Shown: positions 47,032 to 57,468 of the stretch, in pieces | Numbering within the stretch: the stretch's first letter is position 1 | Layout: the number at the start of each line of letters is the position of its first letter | Assembly (NCBI GenBank): GCA_020348945.1 | Contig: CP070759.1 | Coordinates: 888,936-952,935, forward strand | DNA from: Candidatus Bathyarchaeota archaeon | Lineage (GTDB): Archaea > Thermoproteota > Bathyarchaeia > Bathyarchaeales > Bathyarchaeaceae | Direction of reading: 5' to 3' | DNA: 64,000 bases | The notes under the pieces: generated by a model | Seen by the model: only the letters and a program-made list of their open reading frames with translations | Databases searched by the model: none | What the model was told of the DNA's origin: nothing | Position numbers and translations under genes: made by a program

Positions 47032-48234
47032 ATGGTAGGCGTCGTTGGAAAGCCTAATACAGGCAAGTCCACCTTTTTCTCAGCTGCAACCTTAGTCCCA
47101 GTTGAAATCGGAAGCTATCCATTTACCACCATAAAACCAAACCGAGGAATAGGATACATACGCTCACCCTGCGTATGCAAAGAACTCAACGTAAAAGACA
47201 AACCCCAAAACTCGCTATGCCTAGACGGAATACGCTTGATCCCAGTTGAGCTAATCGACTGCGCCGGGTTGGTACCAGGTGCCTGGCAAGGAAGAGGACT
47301 TGGAAACCAGTTTCTAGACGAAATCAGAAAAGCAGACGCCCTCATCCACACAGTCGACGCCGCTGGAGCAACAGACTCCGAAGGAAAAACATGCAAACCC
47401 GGAACCCACGACCCCACGGAAGACGTGAAATTCCTAGAGACAGAGATAACCATGTGGCTCACCCAAATACTCAAGAAAGACTGGCCCAAACTCGCCAGAA
47501 CCGCTGAATCAGCTAAAGCAGACCTGCTTACTCTTCTTGAAAATCGTTTGAGCGGACTAACAATAAAGAGAAGCCACATCTTTGAGGCGCTGAGAAAAAC
47601 TACTCTAAATGTTGAGAAACCAACCATGTGGAGCGACAACGATCTTATTGAATTTCTAGACGTGTTAAGAAGAGTCTCCAAACCCATGCTAATCGCAGCT
47701 AACAAGATTGACCTTCCGCATGCAGAGGAAAATGTGGAGAAACTGAAAAAGACTGGTTACACAATTATTCCATGTTGTGCAGAAGCAGAATTGGCGCTGA
47801 GGAGAGCCCGAGAAAAAGAACTAATTGACTACAAACCAGGAAACCACAACTTCACAATCACGAAACCCGAAAAACTGACAGCTGTCCAAAAAAAGGCGTT
47901 GCTGACGATTCGAGAAAAAGTACTACAGAAATTTGAGTCCACCGGCGTCCAACAAGCAATCAACAGGGCTTTCTTCCAACTCCTAAACATGATCGTTGTT
48001 TATCCAGTGGAAGACCTTGAGCACCTTAGTGATCACGAAGGGAGGATTCTTCCACACGCGTACATCGTGCCTTACGGAACCACCGCACGCCAACTGGCCT
48101 ATAAGATTCACACAGAACTGGGAGAAAGCTTCATTTACGCGGTAGAGGCTCGCGAAAAAAAGAGAATTGGAGAAAACCACGTTCTGAAAGACAGAGATGT
48201 TATTTCAATCGTAAGTGCAAAAAAGAGAACCTAA
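47032..48234 (+). CDS. ychF: YchF/OLA1-type Obg-family GTPase/ATPase with TGS domain
   Basis: G1 VGKPNTGKST, G3 DCAGLV, NKID, C-terminal TGS-like HVLKDRDVISIV. Confidence 0.9.
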   Translation: MVGVVGKPNTGKSTFFSAATLVPVEIGSYPFTTIKPNRGIGYIRSPCVCKELNVKDKPQNSLCLDGIRLIPVELIDCAGLVPGAWQGRGLGNQFLDEIRKADALIHTVDAAGATDSEGKTCKPGTHDPTEDVKFLETEITMWLTQILKKDWPKLARTAESAKADLLTLLENRLSGLTIKRSHIFEALRKTTLNVEKPTMWSDNDLIEFLDVLRRVSKPMLIAANKIDLPHAEENVEKLKKTGYTIIPCCAEAELALRRAREKELIDYKPGNHNFTITKPEKLTAVQKKALLTIREKVLQKFESTGVQQAINRAFFQLLNMIVVYPVEDLEHLSDHEGRILPHAYIVPYGTTARQLAYKIHTELGESFIYAVEAREKKRIGENHVLKDRDVISIVSAKKRT

Positions 48235-48238
48235 CCTT

Positions 48239-49021
48239 TCAAGTGCCGAAGCGTCGTTTTCTTCTCTGATACGTCCGAACAGTTCGCAAGAGATCTATTC
48301 GTCGGAAGTCTGGCCAGTAAACGTCCAAGAAACAGAGCTCGCTGTAGGCGCACTGCCACAGGAAAAAACCGCTCAGTCGCTCCTCCCCGGAAGTCCGAAT
48401 AACTAGGTCTGGGTCCTGCTTAGGCATGTAAGCCGTGTACAGATGACTTTCAAACACCCCCTCGTCTATTCCCTCAGGAGCCAACTCTCCTTTCTTCACT
48501 TTCTTAGCAATCTCCCTCGTGGCATCCACAATTTCCGCCCTCCCACCATAAGCCAGCGCCACGTTCAGAAAGTGCTCGTCATAATCCTTCGTAGCCTCCT
48601 CCACCTTCCAAACCATCTCTTGGACGCTCTTCGGCAAAAGGCCAAGCCTACCAATCGCTCTGACCTTAACCTTACGTGTGTGAATCAGCTCGTCTTCGAG
48701 AATCTCACGTAGTTTTTCCTCAGCGATCTTCATTATTTCACTCACCTCATCTGGGGGACGTTGAAAGTTCTCGGTGGAAAAAGCATATAGGGTGATCGAT
48801 TTCACTCCCAAATCGAGACACCACCTCAGCAAATCCTGAATTTTGTCGGCACCATGGTGATGACCAACCCACGGGTTTAACAGTCTCTCCGAAGCCCAGC
48901 GACGATTACCATCGAGTATGATGGCAATGTGCTCAGGCTTCAAACCGCCCTTCACCTGATACCACAACCACTTCTCATACGCCTTGTAAACGCCAAGCAT
49001 AGACAGCAACGTTTCCAGCAT
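48239..49021 (-). CDS. uppS: cis-prenyltransferase, undecaprenyl-diphosphate synthase family
   Basis: HIAIILDGNRRWA, TLYAFSTENFQRP, IRTSGEERLSGFFLWQCAYSEL. Confidence 0.92.
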   Translation of the reverse strand: MLETLLSMLGVYKAYEKWLWYQVKGGLKPEHIAIILDGNRRWASERLLNPWVGHHHGADKIQDLLRWCLDLGVKSITLYAFSTENFQRPPDEVSEIMKIAEEKLREILEDELIHTRKVKVRAIGRLGLLPKSVQEMVWKVEEATKDYDEHFLNVALAYGGRAEIVDATREIAKKVKKGELAPEGIDEGVFESHLYTAYMPKQDPDLVIRTSGEERLSGFFLWQCAYSELCFLDVYWPDFRRIDLLRTVRTYQRRKRRFGT

Positions 49022-49024
49022 AAT

Positions 49025-49819
49025 TTAACCCCGAAGTCTCGCGTCTCTAAGCGCGTGTGCGCAAGGACAGCAACGGTCTTCTGGTAGATGTTTGACAGCC
49101 TCTCTTAAAATTTGCTGCATGATCGGCAGTTTTTGCTTCGCTACTTCCACCACTTCGTTGGCTGTTAATCGCCGCTGCATTCCCGCAGCCAAGTTTGAAA
49201 CGAAACACAAGGTTGCGTAGCATATCTCCAGCTCGCGGGCGAGCACCGCCTCGGGCATTCCAGTCATGCCCACGATATCGCATCCCAACTGCCTAAACAT
49301 CTCGATTTCCGCGGGGGTCTCATAGCGAGGGCCCTCAGTGCAAACAAGAACAGCTTGATCCCGCACTTGCACACCGAACTCCTTTGCCTTTTCAATTAAA
49401 AGGCCACGAATCTCCGGACAGTATGGCTGAGATACATCTATATGTGTAACTGGTGTCTCATCATAAAACGTGAGCTGACGACACCTAGTAAAATCGATCA
49501 GGTCGTGTGGAACCACTAGGTCTCCCGGCTTAAAGTCAAGATTTATAGCACCCACGGCGTTTGTGGCGGTTATCCGTTTAACACCGATCTTGTGCAGGCC
49601 GTACACGTTAGCTCGATAATTCACTTGGTGAGGGGGAACCGAATGGTGAATGCCGTGGCGAGGCAAAAAAGCCACGGTCTTTTTATCAATCTTGCCGACT
49701 GATGTAGGAGGCAGAAGTCCATAGGGGGTTTCTACTAGAATCTGTTTTGTGCTTTTTAACAAGGCTTCTAAGCCTGTTCCGCCGATTATCGCTATCTCAG
49801 CCTTTCTCAATTTTCCCAT
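49025..49819 (-). CDS. mtnP: S-methyl-5'-thioadenosine phosphorylase / PNP family
   Basis: IAIIGGTG, FLPRHG, TNAVGA, EGPRYETPAE, VGMTGMPE. Cys-rich C-terminus (CCPCAH). Start taken at ATG 49819. Confidence 0.9.
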   Translation of the reverse strand: MGKLRKAEIAIIGGTGLEALLKSTKQILVETPYGLLPPTSVGKIDKKTVAFLPRHGIHHSVPPHQVNYRANVYGLHKIGVKRITATNAVGAINLDFKPGDLVVPHDLIDFTRCRQLTFYDETPVTHIDVSQPYCPEIRGLLIEKAKEFGVQVRDQAVLVCTEGPRYETPAEIEMFRQLGCDIVGMTGMPEAVLARELEICYATLCFVSNLAAGMQRRLTANEVVEVAKQKLPIMQQILREAVKHLPEDRCCPCAHALRDARLRG

Positions 49820-50987
49820 CTTTCTCCATGAAAAAGCTTGCATATTTTCTGTGTAACAAGCTGGTAACTGAAACGGCGACCACTGTTAAGATTATGCTGG
49901 CAACAATAGCAATTACAAGGGTTGTGTATTCTAAAGAGGGATTGATGAGAATTTGGGACGCTTCGTAAAAGATTCCCCATGAACAAGCACATGCAACTAC
50001 GATGACGACTGTGCGTAACACTCTAGAATCCCGTTCAAGGAACCACCGTACCATCCTACCCAAGAACAGAACGCAGATACCAATCACAATAAGAGCTATT
50101 GACCCAGAAATGAACTCTCCCACCAACCTAGGAACAATTGCGATCCATTGACTGGGGTTTGGTGGAGGGTTTTGCATAGTATACGAGTTTGCAAAATGTG
50201 CTCCCTGATAACTGCCAATGGCAACCAACAAGAGTCCAGCAGCAGCGGAAAAACTTGCTATTTGCACGGGGAAAGGCGGAGGAGAATATTCTTGGACCCA
50301 ATTGTAGAAATCTTGAGCTGTTCTATCGAATCCGAATCCCTTTACAAAAAGGAATGTGCCAAAAACAAGGAAAATGGCTATCCAAACATGGTGAGGTTGG
50401 ATAGTAATTGGGGAAAGGGCCAAAACACCTAAAATTAACAGAAGGATTCCAGGCAATCCAAGTGCGATTCGAGAATAACGAGGGTTCTTAATGAGAATTT
50501 TTAAGTAACGAGAAAATACTGCCAGAGTTTCCTCAACTGATTTACTGTGGGCTACAACAATTCTTCGAACAGAGGTCACGGGCACCCTCGACTCAACCAG
50601 TGGCAAAATCACCTCGTCCCCATAGCCGTCGGTGACCAAAACAACATCGGTTGCAGGAAATTTTTCCAACACATCTGTGAGTTCAGATACGAGTTTTCTA
50701 TCAGCTCCCACGCCGCCCAGTTCAGAGCCTGTGATAGTGGCTATCTGACACTCTCCAAGCGCCTCCTTAATCTCTTCCCGCAAGCGATCGTAGACCCTGA
50801 CCGCCTCGAACATGGCGTTGGCGTCAGGTTCTTCAGGATCCCTCAGGATAAGGGCGGTGGCGGCGTTGACGTTTTCTTTTCTTCCAAGAACAGGTGTGCC
50901 TATTCCTGCTTTCACACCTAGGTCGTCGTCTCTGTCGACGCAGAGAACGAGGATGCGCTCCGTCTTTCCTTTTTTAGACTTGGGCAT
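49797..50987 (-). CDS. DUF373-family membrane protein
   Basis: ILVLCVDRDDDLG N-terminal soluble domain followed by ~7 TM helices, the archaeal DUF373 layout. Confidence 0.75.
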   Translation of the reverse strand: MPKSKKGKTERILVLCVDRDDDLGVKAGIGTPVLGRKENVNAATALILRDPEEPDANAMFEAVRVYDRLREEIKEALGECQIATITGSELGGVGADRKLVSELTDVLEKFPATDVVLVTDGYGDEVILPLVESRVPVTSVRRIVVAHSKSVEETLAVFSRYLKILIKNPRYSRIALGLPGILLLILGVLALSPITIQPHHVWIAIFLVFGTFLFVKGFGFDRTAQDFYNWVQEYSPPPFPVQIASFSAAAGLLLVAIGSYQGAHFANSYTMQNPPPNPSQWIAIVPRLVGEFISGSIALIVIGICVLFLGRMVRWFLERDSRVLRTVVIVVACACSWGIFYEASQILINPSLEYTTLVIAIVASIILTVVAVSVTSLLHRKYASFFMEKDGKIEKG

Positions 50988-51068
50988 TCTAGTTCTCCAA
51001 CCCCTGATTAATGCTTGCTTATCACTTTAATTTTACTCATGCTCCATTTTAAGCTTCTGAATTGGTAA

Positions 51069-51959
51069 TCACCCTTTGCGGGTCTTTTTTGGTGATTTTA
51101 CCTTCTTCTGCTCAGTCACTACTTTGAACTCTTCCCAAGTTAGTTTCTCGCCCCGTTTCATTTTGCCTAATGCCTTGTCTACTAATTCTTTGCGAAGCTC
51201 ACGTTGACGCTTAAGCTGCTTTTTCTCTTCTGTTTGACGAAGCTCTTGCATGAGAGAGTTGGCTTGGCGCAAAAATTCCGCGCGTTCTTGATGCAGAGCT
51301 TGGGCTTTTTGCTTGATTTCGACGTATTTTTGATGTGCGTCATCTGCATCAACTTGAAAGGCGTGAATCTTGTTAAATATTTCGGATACTTTTTCATGAA
51401 AGCTTTGGCTTTGCTTGGCTAGTTCCGAGAGCTTTTCGTGGTGAAGATTAGCTTTTGTTTCTAACGCTTTCTCCTCAGCCTGCAATTCAAGAAAGCTCTC
51501 TTCCAATTTACGTATCTGTTTGTGTGTCAACAGTTGGTTTTCGAGAGCCCTCACCTGATCAATTAAAATCTTCTCCTCACGAACTGGGAGGGAGGTGGTT
51601 TGAATCTCCCATTCTAGTCTTTCAATTTCACTTTCTACGTCCCGCATGTTTCGAATAGGCTTCTTCTCTGTGGGACGCCTCAATTTTTCCTTAAGCTTCA
51701 GGATTTGAGTACGCTTTTCCCTGCGCTCTGTCCTCGCTTGTTCGCGCATGTTCTTGAGTTCTTGAACCTTCTTGTTTAACTCGTCGCGTTTTTCTTTAAG
51801 ATCATCGACTTTTGTTCGTAGAGCCTTGATTTGTTTATGTATGGAGTTTCTCTTTTCAGCCCACTTTCGGGCTTCTGGATTCAGTTTGTCAAGCTCTTCC
51901 TTGAGGGAAGCAAGCTTACTGTTTAATTCTTCAATTCTCTGCTTAAGAGGATTAGACAA
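51069..51959 (-). CDS. archaeal coiled-coil protein (COG1340-like)
   Basis: 296 aa, almost entirely heptad-like K/E/L-rich sequence. Confidence 0.7.
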   Translation of the reverse strand: MSNPLKQRIEELNSKLASLKEELDKLNPEARKWAEKRNSIHKQIKALRTKVDDLKEKRDELNKKVQELKNMREQARTERREKRTQILKLKEKLRRPTEKKPIRNMRDVESEIERLEWEIQTTSLPVREEKILIDQVRALENQLLTHKQIRKLEESFLELQAEEKALETKANLHHEKLSELAKQSQSFHEKVSEIFNKIHAFQVDADDAHQKYVEIKQKAQALHQERAEFLRQANSLMQELRQTEEKKQLKRQRELRKELVDKALGKMKRGEKLTWEEFKVVTEQKKVKSPKKTRKG

Positions 51960-52222
51960 GTTCTCCTACCTCTGCATCGGCTTTGACCCATTGAAGGACC
52001 TGCTGAATCAATACTTTTTCCCCCCTTTGAAGTGAAAATAGGGAGGTTCCAGTTCTCTTTGCAGATGCAATGAGACACAGCGAATTTTTTAACAAACGGT
52101 TTTCCAGCGCCAATCGTTTCTGAAACGGCTTGAAAGCATCTCCCATCAAATCGAACGAGGAAAGGAACGTCGGGCGAAATGCAAAACCGGAGTAAACCGC
52201 GTTTTTGGGATGCTTGAAGCTT

Positions 52223-52918
52223 TTATCCCAGTATAATTCTTGCATCAACTGTTTTTGCTCCATTTTCGTAGACCAGAATTGGGTTCAGGTCAAGCTCCTT
52301 GATCTCCGGGTGATCTATCACCAGTCTTGATGTGTTCAGCAAAATCTCTACGATGGCGTTAATGTCCGCTGGAGGCTGACCGCGATAGCCTCTGAGAATC
52401 GGGTATCCCTTCACCTCAGTGATCATTTCCTCAGCATCTGATCTGGTGATTGGAGCGATTCTAAAAGACACATCTTTAAGAACCTCTACAAAGATTCCGC
52501 CGAGCCCAAACATTAACGCTGGTCCAAACTGTGGGTCCTCGGTCGCTCCGACAATGACCTCGGTTGAAGGAGGAATCATCTCCTGCACCAAAATGCCCAC
52601 AATCTTGGCGTCGGGCTTATGCTTCTTCACGTTCACCAGTATTCTCTTGTAAGCGTCTTTGACTTCCTCAGAACTCTTGAGATTAAGAATCACCCCGTCC
52701 ACGTCAAACTTGTGGATGATATCGGGAGAAACGATCTTAAGAACCACTGGATAACCTGTTTCCTCCGCAAACCGCACCGCCTCCTCAGTGTTTTCTGCCA
52801 CCTGGAACTTCGTTACGGGTATTCCGTACTCCGTGCATACTGCTTTCGCCTCGGGTTCCAGCAGATGTTTTCTCCTCTCCTTACGGGCTTCCTCGAATAC
52901 TCGAGAAATCTTCCCCAT
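52223..52918 (-). CDS. ADP-forming acetyl/acyl-CoA synthetase beta-subunit-like ATP-grasp protein
   Basis: LLEPEAKAVCTEYGIPV, GYPVVLKIVSPDIIHKFDVDGVILNL, GVLVQEM, GPALMFGLGGIFVEVLKDVSFR. Start taken at ATG 52918. Confidence 0.8.
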   Translation of the reverse strand: MGKISRVFEEARKERRKHLLEPEAKAVCTEYGIPVTKFQVAENTEEAVRFAEETGYPVVLKIVSPDIIHKFDVDGVILNLKSSEEVKDAYKRILVNVKKHKPDAKIVGILVQEMIPPSTEVIVGATEDPQFGPALMFGLGGIFVEVLKDVSFRIAPITRSDAEEMITEVKGYPILRGYRGQPPADINAIVEILLNTSRLVIDHPEIKELDLNPILVYENGAKTVDARIILG

Positions 52919-53208
52919 TGAGTTCAACGACCTTTTCAGGTTAAAAATATAATTACGTCTCTTCTTTCTAACTTTTCGCATATTTTAATTTTTAAGTCCC
53001 ATATGACTAGATCTCTTTTATTCAAACAGTTCATTACCTCGGAAAGCCATTTCTAGCATGGATTTCAGTGGGTTGTTTACTTGGAATCGTTACTTTGAAT
53101 TATAATTGCTATTGTCGAGTATTGTTAAATATGCTGAATAAATATATTTATATGTCTCAGGATATATATTGTGTATTAATAGTTACGATATGCTTAGAAG
53201 GCACCGAA

Positions 53209-56200
53209 ATGAACGTCCTCTCAACATTTAGACGAAGAGAATTCATTAGTCTTCTCTTGCTGTGTTCTATAGCAATAACGGCGTCGGCAGGTGCCACGTT
53301 ATTTTTTTTGGTGGAAACAGGCGCTAAGTTGCCTTCATTGGAGAAGTTGAGCAGTCCTCTTCAGCAACAGTTAGACGAAGCTGATGATGTTGGTCGCGCG
53401 ATCACCCTGGTCATTAAGTTGCGTGATGCTGATTTTCGCGCTGACGAAAGTGGTACAACGGTTGATGTGTTGAGGTCGGGTGCAGATAGAGTTCAAGGGC
53501 GTGTGCTGGAGTTTTTGAGGGGAGAAAAGGATGCTGTGATTTTGAATACTTTTTGGCTCATTAACGCCATACTAGCTAACGTTACCGTTGACACCTTGTA
53601 CGAGCTCACTTACTTGGAGGATGTGGAGGAGGTTTTCGAAAACTTTGAGGTTACTGTTCCTGAAACCATGAGTGAAAGCAACATGAGTTCCAGTGACGTT
53701 ACGTGGGGTTTGGATAAAATTAATGCTCCAGAAGCTTGGGATCTAGGTTTCAACGGTTCGGATATACGCGTAGCCGTGTTAGACACGGGTGTTGACATAG
53801 GTCATCCAGACCTTGAGGGAAAAATGTGGACTGATAACGCGTCGGATCCAACGTTTCCTGGCGGATGGATTGAGTTCGACTGGTCTGGCAACGCTGTTAC
53901 AAATTCAACACCACACGACACACATGGCCACGGAACTCACGCATCCGGCACAGTTCTTGGGGGGAACGCGAGCAGCGTCGCTATAGGTGTCGCGCCAGGC
54001 GCTTGGCTCATGCACGGGTTAGTGTTGCCGTATGGTTCGGGGTCATTCGCTCAAGTTATAGCGGGTATGCAGTGGGCGGTAAATCCGTTTGATCAGTATG
54101 GAAATCCTGTAGGTGAGGGGGCGCATGTTGTTAGCATGTCTTGGGGCACCTACGGCTATTATGAAGAGATGATAGAACCTATTCAGAACATGAGGGCAGC
54201 TGGTGTGGTGCCAGTTGCGGCAGCAGGCAACAACGGGGAAGAATCGTCAGGGAGCCCAGGCAACGTTTACGAAAGCTTCGGAATCGGCGCCATAGACGAG
54301 TACGATAATGTTGCGTGGTGGAGTAGTGGTGAAGTGGTAGATTGGGCGGCTTCGCATTCTGAACCTTACATAAAACCAGATTTCAGTGCGCCAGGCGTAT
54401 ATATTTACTCATCTTTGCCCTCAGGAGAATGGGAATACTGGTCGGGCACATCAATGGCAACTCCACACGTGGCTGGAACTGTCGCGTTGATGCTTCATGC
54501 CAACCCGGATATGACCGTTGACAGCGTTTACGCTTTGCTCAAAATAACCGTGGAGGATCTGGGCGATGCTGGTCAAGACATTAGGTACGGTTGGGGCGTT
54601 ATCGATGCATACGCGGCTGTGGAACTGGCATTCTTGAACTCTGGTGTTGAAGGTTACGTGACAGATGCTGAAATCTCAGAGTTGATTGAATGGGGAGCTC
54701 AAGTAACCGCATTAGAAGTCTCGTGGGGAAGCAAACAAACAGACGCGGACGGATATTACAAAATCTGGTTGTATCCAGGCAATTACTCGTTAACAGCCAG
54801 CTCGTTTGGATACCATGAACAGAACGCCACAGCAGAGGTGGTTGAGAAGGAGTGGGCTAGGCTTGATTTCGAACTGGCACCGCTACCCCGAGGGTCTATC
54901 GCGGGTTTCGTTACTCGCGTTGGAATGGACAGTATTATAGCAAACGCAACCATTACGTTGTTGAACACGCCGTTAAGACCTACTGAAACAGACGACTCTG
55001 GTTACTACGTTATAGAAGCTCCAGTTGGAATCTATGATGTTGACGCTTGGAAATGGGGTTACAAGCCATCAGTAACCCGTTACGCGGAAGTCTTCGAAAA
55101 TCAAATCACAACCGTAGACGTTCAGTTGGAGTCAACTGTGAAGGTTGCAATATTAGGAGATTTTAGAGGGGAAATTACTGATCTTCTCATGAGGAACATC
55201 AGTGCTCACGAAAGAGAATGGAACGTGACGCAAGATATCTATAACTATGACGTGATTGTGGTTAACTTACCCACTGATCCGGGTAACGAAACTTTTTCTG
55301 CCTTAATTGACGCCGCTGATGGTTATCAAGTGGGGCTCGTCTTCACTAGCACATGGCCGGGACGGTGGTCGCCATACGGTATTTCTCTGTTACAACAGTA
55401 TTTCAATGATCCGAAGGGTTCGTACCATGCATATTCTGAGGGTGACGTGTATTATGAGGTGGCCACGAAACATCCAATCTTTGAAGGATGGAGTGTGGGT
55501 GAAAAAATATCTATTATCAACGGCGGCTGGTACGACTCCGCGTGGTTTTATCGTTATTCAGGGTTGACGATAGCGGATGTTGGTACTGACCGGATTGGTG
55601 TCATAGGCGGTGGTATTGCATATGATGTAAGGGAAAATGGGAATGTTCATCTACTTTTAGCTGGGCTTTCACAAAACATTTACACACACATCAGCAACGC
55701 TTGGACCGATGAAGCTAAGACGATTTTCATCCGTGCAGTAACGTGGGTCAGTGAGCCAGCGACACTGCCTCCCAGCATAACTATCGATCCAACCTCTGGT
55801 CCGTTGGGAACTAAGGTAACTGTTAGTGGATCAGGATTCGCGTTTAACTCAAGTGTCACGGTGAAGTTTGATGACTCGCCAATGGCAACTACCACAACCA
55901 ATGTTGATGGAAGTTTTGTAGCGGTCTTCAATGTGCCTGTGGCGGAGGCTGGTGCCCATGTGGTTAAGGCACTGGATGGTTACGGTGTCTACGCTGAAGC
56001 GGTGTATATGGTAACGGTGGCTGGTGGCACGGATGTGGATGTTTTAAGCGTGGAAGTGGATGTTGGCTCAGTGCACTTTAGGACAGAGGCAGCGGACTTT
56101 TACGTGCTCACGACTCTTAACGGGGTTCCTGTCAATGTCACCGAAATTAACGCAACAATTCACAAGCCTGATAGAACCGTCGAGACTTTGACTGCTGAAA

Positions 56201-56805
56201 ACGTAGTCACAGGCATCTATCTTGTAGCCTACAAAATTTCAGCTAATGCCTCTGATGGTACGTACACTTTAAGTGTCCAAGCGGATGCGGACGGGGTTAG
56301 TGGGGCTTCCCTCAGCAGTTTCTTGGTGAGTTTGACATTGACCGATTGGAGTGCTAGCCTCTTGGCCGTTAAAGATAATGTAGCCACTGTTCAGACGGAC
56401 ATTGGTGTGATCAAGGTGAATCTCGTGTCCACTGACGCTAAGATAGTTTCGGTGCAAGGAGATGTGGTGGTTATGGAAACTGATATTGGCGAGATTAAGG
56501 CTGATGTTGCTTACATTAAACCAATTGTTGAGAACACTAATGCTACGGTGGTTACAATTGATGGAGATGTAGCTACCATAGAGACTGCAGTTGGTGAGAT
56601 TCAAGGGATCATAGTTTCAATTCATGGGAGTGTTGCTGTGGTTGAGACAGATGTGGGTGTGGTGAAAGCGGATTTGCCTGATTCGAATGGGACAACTGCA
56701 GCTTTGAATTCGGTTAGCACAGCTGGGCTTTCTGTTTCATCGGTTTTGTCAGGGATTGTTGTGGTGGGATGTTGCATGGCGGTTTGGATTATGAGGAGGG
56801 AGTGA
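53209..56805 (+). CDS. large secreted subtilisin-family (S8) serine protease with accessory beta-sandwich domains and C-terminal TM anchor
   Basis: Catalytic triad blocks VAVLDTGV, HGHGTHASG, GTSMATPHVAG. Signal/TM after MNVLSTFRRREFISLLLL. CarboxypepD_reg-like segments (DADGYYKIWLYPGNYSL, DDSGYYVIEAPVGIYDV), an IPT-like PSITIDPTSGPLGTKVTVSGSGF and a terminal hydrophobic anchor. Confidence 0.92.
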   Translation: MNVLSTFRRREFISLLLLCSIAITASAGATLFFLVETGAKLPSLEKLSSPLQQQLDEADDVGRAITLVIKLRDADFRADESGTTVDVLRSGADRVQGRVLEFLRGEKDAVILNTFWLINAILANVTVDTLYELTYLEDVEEVFENFEVTVPETMSESNMSSSDVTWGLDKINAPEAWDLGFNGSDIRVAVLDTGVDIGHPDLEGKMWTDNASDPTFPGGWIEFDWSGNAVTNSTPHDTHGHGTHASGTVLGGNASSVAIGVAPGAWLMHGLVLPYGSGSFAQVIAGMQWAVNPFDQYGNPVGEGAHVVSMSWGTYGYYEEMIEPIQNMRAAGVVPVAAAGNNGEESSGSPGNVYESFGIGAIDEYDNVAWWSSGEVVDWAASHSEPYIKPDFSAPGVYIYSSLPSGEWEYWSGTSMATPHVAGTVALMLHANPDMTVDSVYALLKITVEDLGDAGQDIRYGWGVIDAYAAVELAFLNSGVEGYVTDAEISELIEWGAQVTALEVSWGSKQTDADGYYKIWLYPGNYSLTASSFGYHEQNATAEVVEKEWARLDFELAPLPRGSIAGFVTRVGMDSIIANATITLLNTPLRPTETDDSGYYVIEAPVGIYDVDAWKWGYKPSVTRYAEVFENQITTVDVQLESTVKVAILGDFRGEITDLLMRNISAHEREWNVTQDIYNYDVIVVNLPTDPGNETFSALIDAADGYQVGLVFTSTWPGRWSPYGISLLQQYFNDPKGSYHAYSEGDVYYEVATKHPIFEGWSVGEKISIINGGWYDSAWFYRYSGLTIADVGTDRIGVIGGGIAYDVRENGNVHLLLAGLSQNIYTHISNAWTDEAKTIFIRAVTWVSEPATLPPSITIDPTSGPLGTKVTVSGSGFAFNSSVTVKFDDSPMATTTTNVDGSFVAVFNVPVAEAGAHVVKALDGYGVYAEAVYMVTVAGGTDVDVLSVEVDVGSVHFRTEAADFYVLTTLNGVPVNVTEINATIHKPDRTVETLTAENVVTGIYLVAYKISANASDGTYTLSVQADADGVSGASLSSFLVSLTLTDWSASLLAVKDNVATVQTDIGVIKVNLVSTDAKIVSVQGDVVVMETDIGEIKADVAYIKPIVENTNATVVTIDGDVATIETAVGEIQGIIVSIHGSVAVVETDVGVVKADLPDSNGTTAALNSVSTAGLSVSSVLSGIVVVGCCMAVWIMRRE
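56359..56685 (+). repeat. four tandem ~25-aa coding repeats (V-x-V-(E/Q)-T-D-(I/V)-G-x-I-K) near the protease C-terminus
   Basis: DNVATVQTDIGVIKVNL / GDVVVMETDIGEIKADV / GDVATIETAVGEIQGII / GSVAVVETDVGVVKADL in the translated ORF. Confidence 0.7.
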
Positions 56806-56806
56806 A

Positions 56807-57250
56807 ATGGAATTAAACGTTGAAGTTCGTTGCAACCAGTTGAGAACTCTGTTGGCAAAGACAAGGTATACGTTGATTAGTTCGGCTTTGGGGTGGCTAG
56901 GTTCGATAAACATTGTTTTGATTGGGATTCATGTGACCACTATTTACCTTCACCTTGCTATGCTAAGCAGGTCTTTTCTAGTGAGAGCCTACATAATGGA
57001 AGGAATAGCAACCGCATTAACCTTGACACTTGTTTTCGGCAGCTACTTGATATGGAGAAACCAGACTGGAAGAGGAGGATTTTTAAATTTCGCTGGAGGA
57101 GTAGTGACCATTGTTTTGTGTTACTATTTCACTTCGACCTTTCCGTTGTTACGTCAACTTGAGCCGGTTGTATATTTTTTGCCTGCTCCAGCTTTAGTTA
57201 GCGGTCTCTTGGCGTTATTTATGTCGAAAAGTCCTTCGCAAAACATCTGA
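56807..57250 (+). CDS. integral membrane protein (4 TM), translationally coupled to the protease gene
   Basis: Start is 1 nt after the protease stop. Hydrophobic helices (IVLIGIHVTTIYLHLAML, ATALTLTLVFGSYLIW, VVTIVLCYYF, LPAPALVSGLLALFM). Confidence 0.55.
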   Translation: MELNVEVRCNQLRTLLAKTRYTLISSALGWLGSINIVLIGIHVTTIYLHLAMLSRSFLVRAYIMEGIATALTLTLVFGSYLIWRNQTGRGGFLNFAGGVVTIVLCYYFTSTFPLLRQLEPVVYFLPAPALVSGLLALFMSKSPSQNI

Positions 57251-57261
57251 GCATAATTTGG

Positions 57262-57468
57262 TGGTCGGGCGGGCAGGAGTTTCATGGAGGTTTTCCTCCA
57301 TTTTGAATTCGCCGAGCTAAAAGCTTGTTTTAAGCTCTCCTGCGACAACCCGGTGTCTGTGCGCTTGATAGGCTGGGTGAGCATCTACCTAGGGTAGGCG
57401 TCTACAGCGTCTCCGTCAGTCACGGTTGTGGCTGGCTCGGAAGCTCTACCAAGCTGAGCTACCGCCCG
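57262..57468 (-). tRNA. tRNA-Tyr(GUA), predicted to carry four introns (about 130 nt in total); CCA encoded
   Basis: Minus strand: perfect acceptor CGGGCGG/CCGCCCG with the C1:G72 pair and A73 (archaeal Tyr identity), D arm GCUC AGCUUGGUA GAGC. Removing plus-strand 57409-57437, 57355-57401, 57308-57338 and 57279-57301 gives CGGGCGGUAGCUCAGCUUGGUAGAGCUUCCGGCUGUAGACCGGGUUGUCGCAGGUUCAAAUCCUGCCCGCCCGA (74 nt). This has a canonical anticodon arm UCCGG-CUGUAGA-CCGGG and T arm GCAGG-UUCAAAU-CCUGC. Confidence 0.75.

Noticed and set aside
51952-52263. 103-aa minus-strand ORF between the acyl-CoA synthetase beta-like gene and the coiled-coil gene
   Set aside because: It overlaps the 3' end of the upstream gene by about 40 nt and has no recognisable motif. 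A shorter version (from MGDAFKPF...) might be real, but I cannot support it.
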